Below are positions 49,556 through 49,682 of a DNA stretch of 49,682 nucleotides, in pieces. A program made the translations under genes and the position numbers. This DNA is from Hormoscilla sp. Its GTDB lineage: Bacteria > Cyanobacteriota > Cyanobacteriia > Cyanobacteriales > Desertifilaceae. The notes under the pieces were generated by a model that was given only the letters and a program-made list of their open reading frames with translations, was not told the DNA's origin and did no database searches. Positions within the stretch are counted from its first letter, which is position 1; each line of letters begins with the position of its first letter. The stretch spans positions 1 to 49,682 of the forward strand of contig JBFRWI010000167.1 of NCBI GenBank assembly GCA_051439505.1, written 5' to 3'.

Positions 49556-49682
49556 GGGTGTGGTCAAAACCCGTTGATAGTTCTAGGGCCCTCCCAGTTG
49601 CCCCGATCCCCCCAAACCCCCCTTAAAAAGGGGGGCTTCCGGAGCCCCCCCTTTTGGAAGGGGGGGTTTGGGGGGGATCGGG
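49556..49682. mobile_element. Second copy of the 150-bp MITE (runs off the right edge)
   Basis: GGGTGTGGTCAAAACC...GATCCCCCCAAACCCCCCTTAAAAAGGGGGGCTTCCGGA...GGGGGGTTTGGGGGGGATC, collinear with 38911-39060. Confidence 0.9.

Overview
A 49.7-kb chromosomal window from a cyanobacterium. The evidence is the dense HIP1 octamer GCGATCGC, ndhS, cruF/cruG and heptamer STRR tandem repeats; a filamentous Oscillatoriales-type organism is my inference. Most of it is housekeeping: a partial alpha-2-macroglobulin, rnhB, RNase II/R, rpsR/rpmG, moeA, cruFG, ruvX-mltG-yqeG-proB, mrp, rodA, ndhS, gyrA, lnt and clpS. I found no rRNA, tRNA, CRISPR array or transposase. Notable observations: (1) an 834-aa PilB/GspE-family protein with every ATPase motif degenerate but the Zn-Cys4 site intact, fused through a 14-aa-repeat coiled coil to a GrpE head domain; (2) lnt carries a 150-bp MITE (14-bp TIRs, 9-bp target duplication) and a second 59-bp dispersed repeat, both translated in frame; (3) a 98-99-bp TA-flanked mini-element splits an AbrB/MazE antitoxin gene in one copy and places an extended -10 box before another gene in a second copy; (4) two paralogous coiled-coil genes (possibly ZicK/ZacK-like) follow a near-consensus sigma70 promoter, ATCAAC/GTTGAT operator-like sites and a 71-nt structured leader; (5) an HU-like/DUF4469 gene is followed by an iteron-like 23-bp array; (6) three gene relics (glutathione peroxidase, Uma2, RidA) break off at or next to short-repeat tracts, and the first two are below the ORF track's size limit. 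All product calls come from motif recognition by eye, not database searches.
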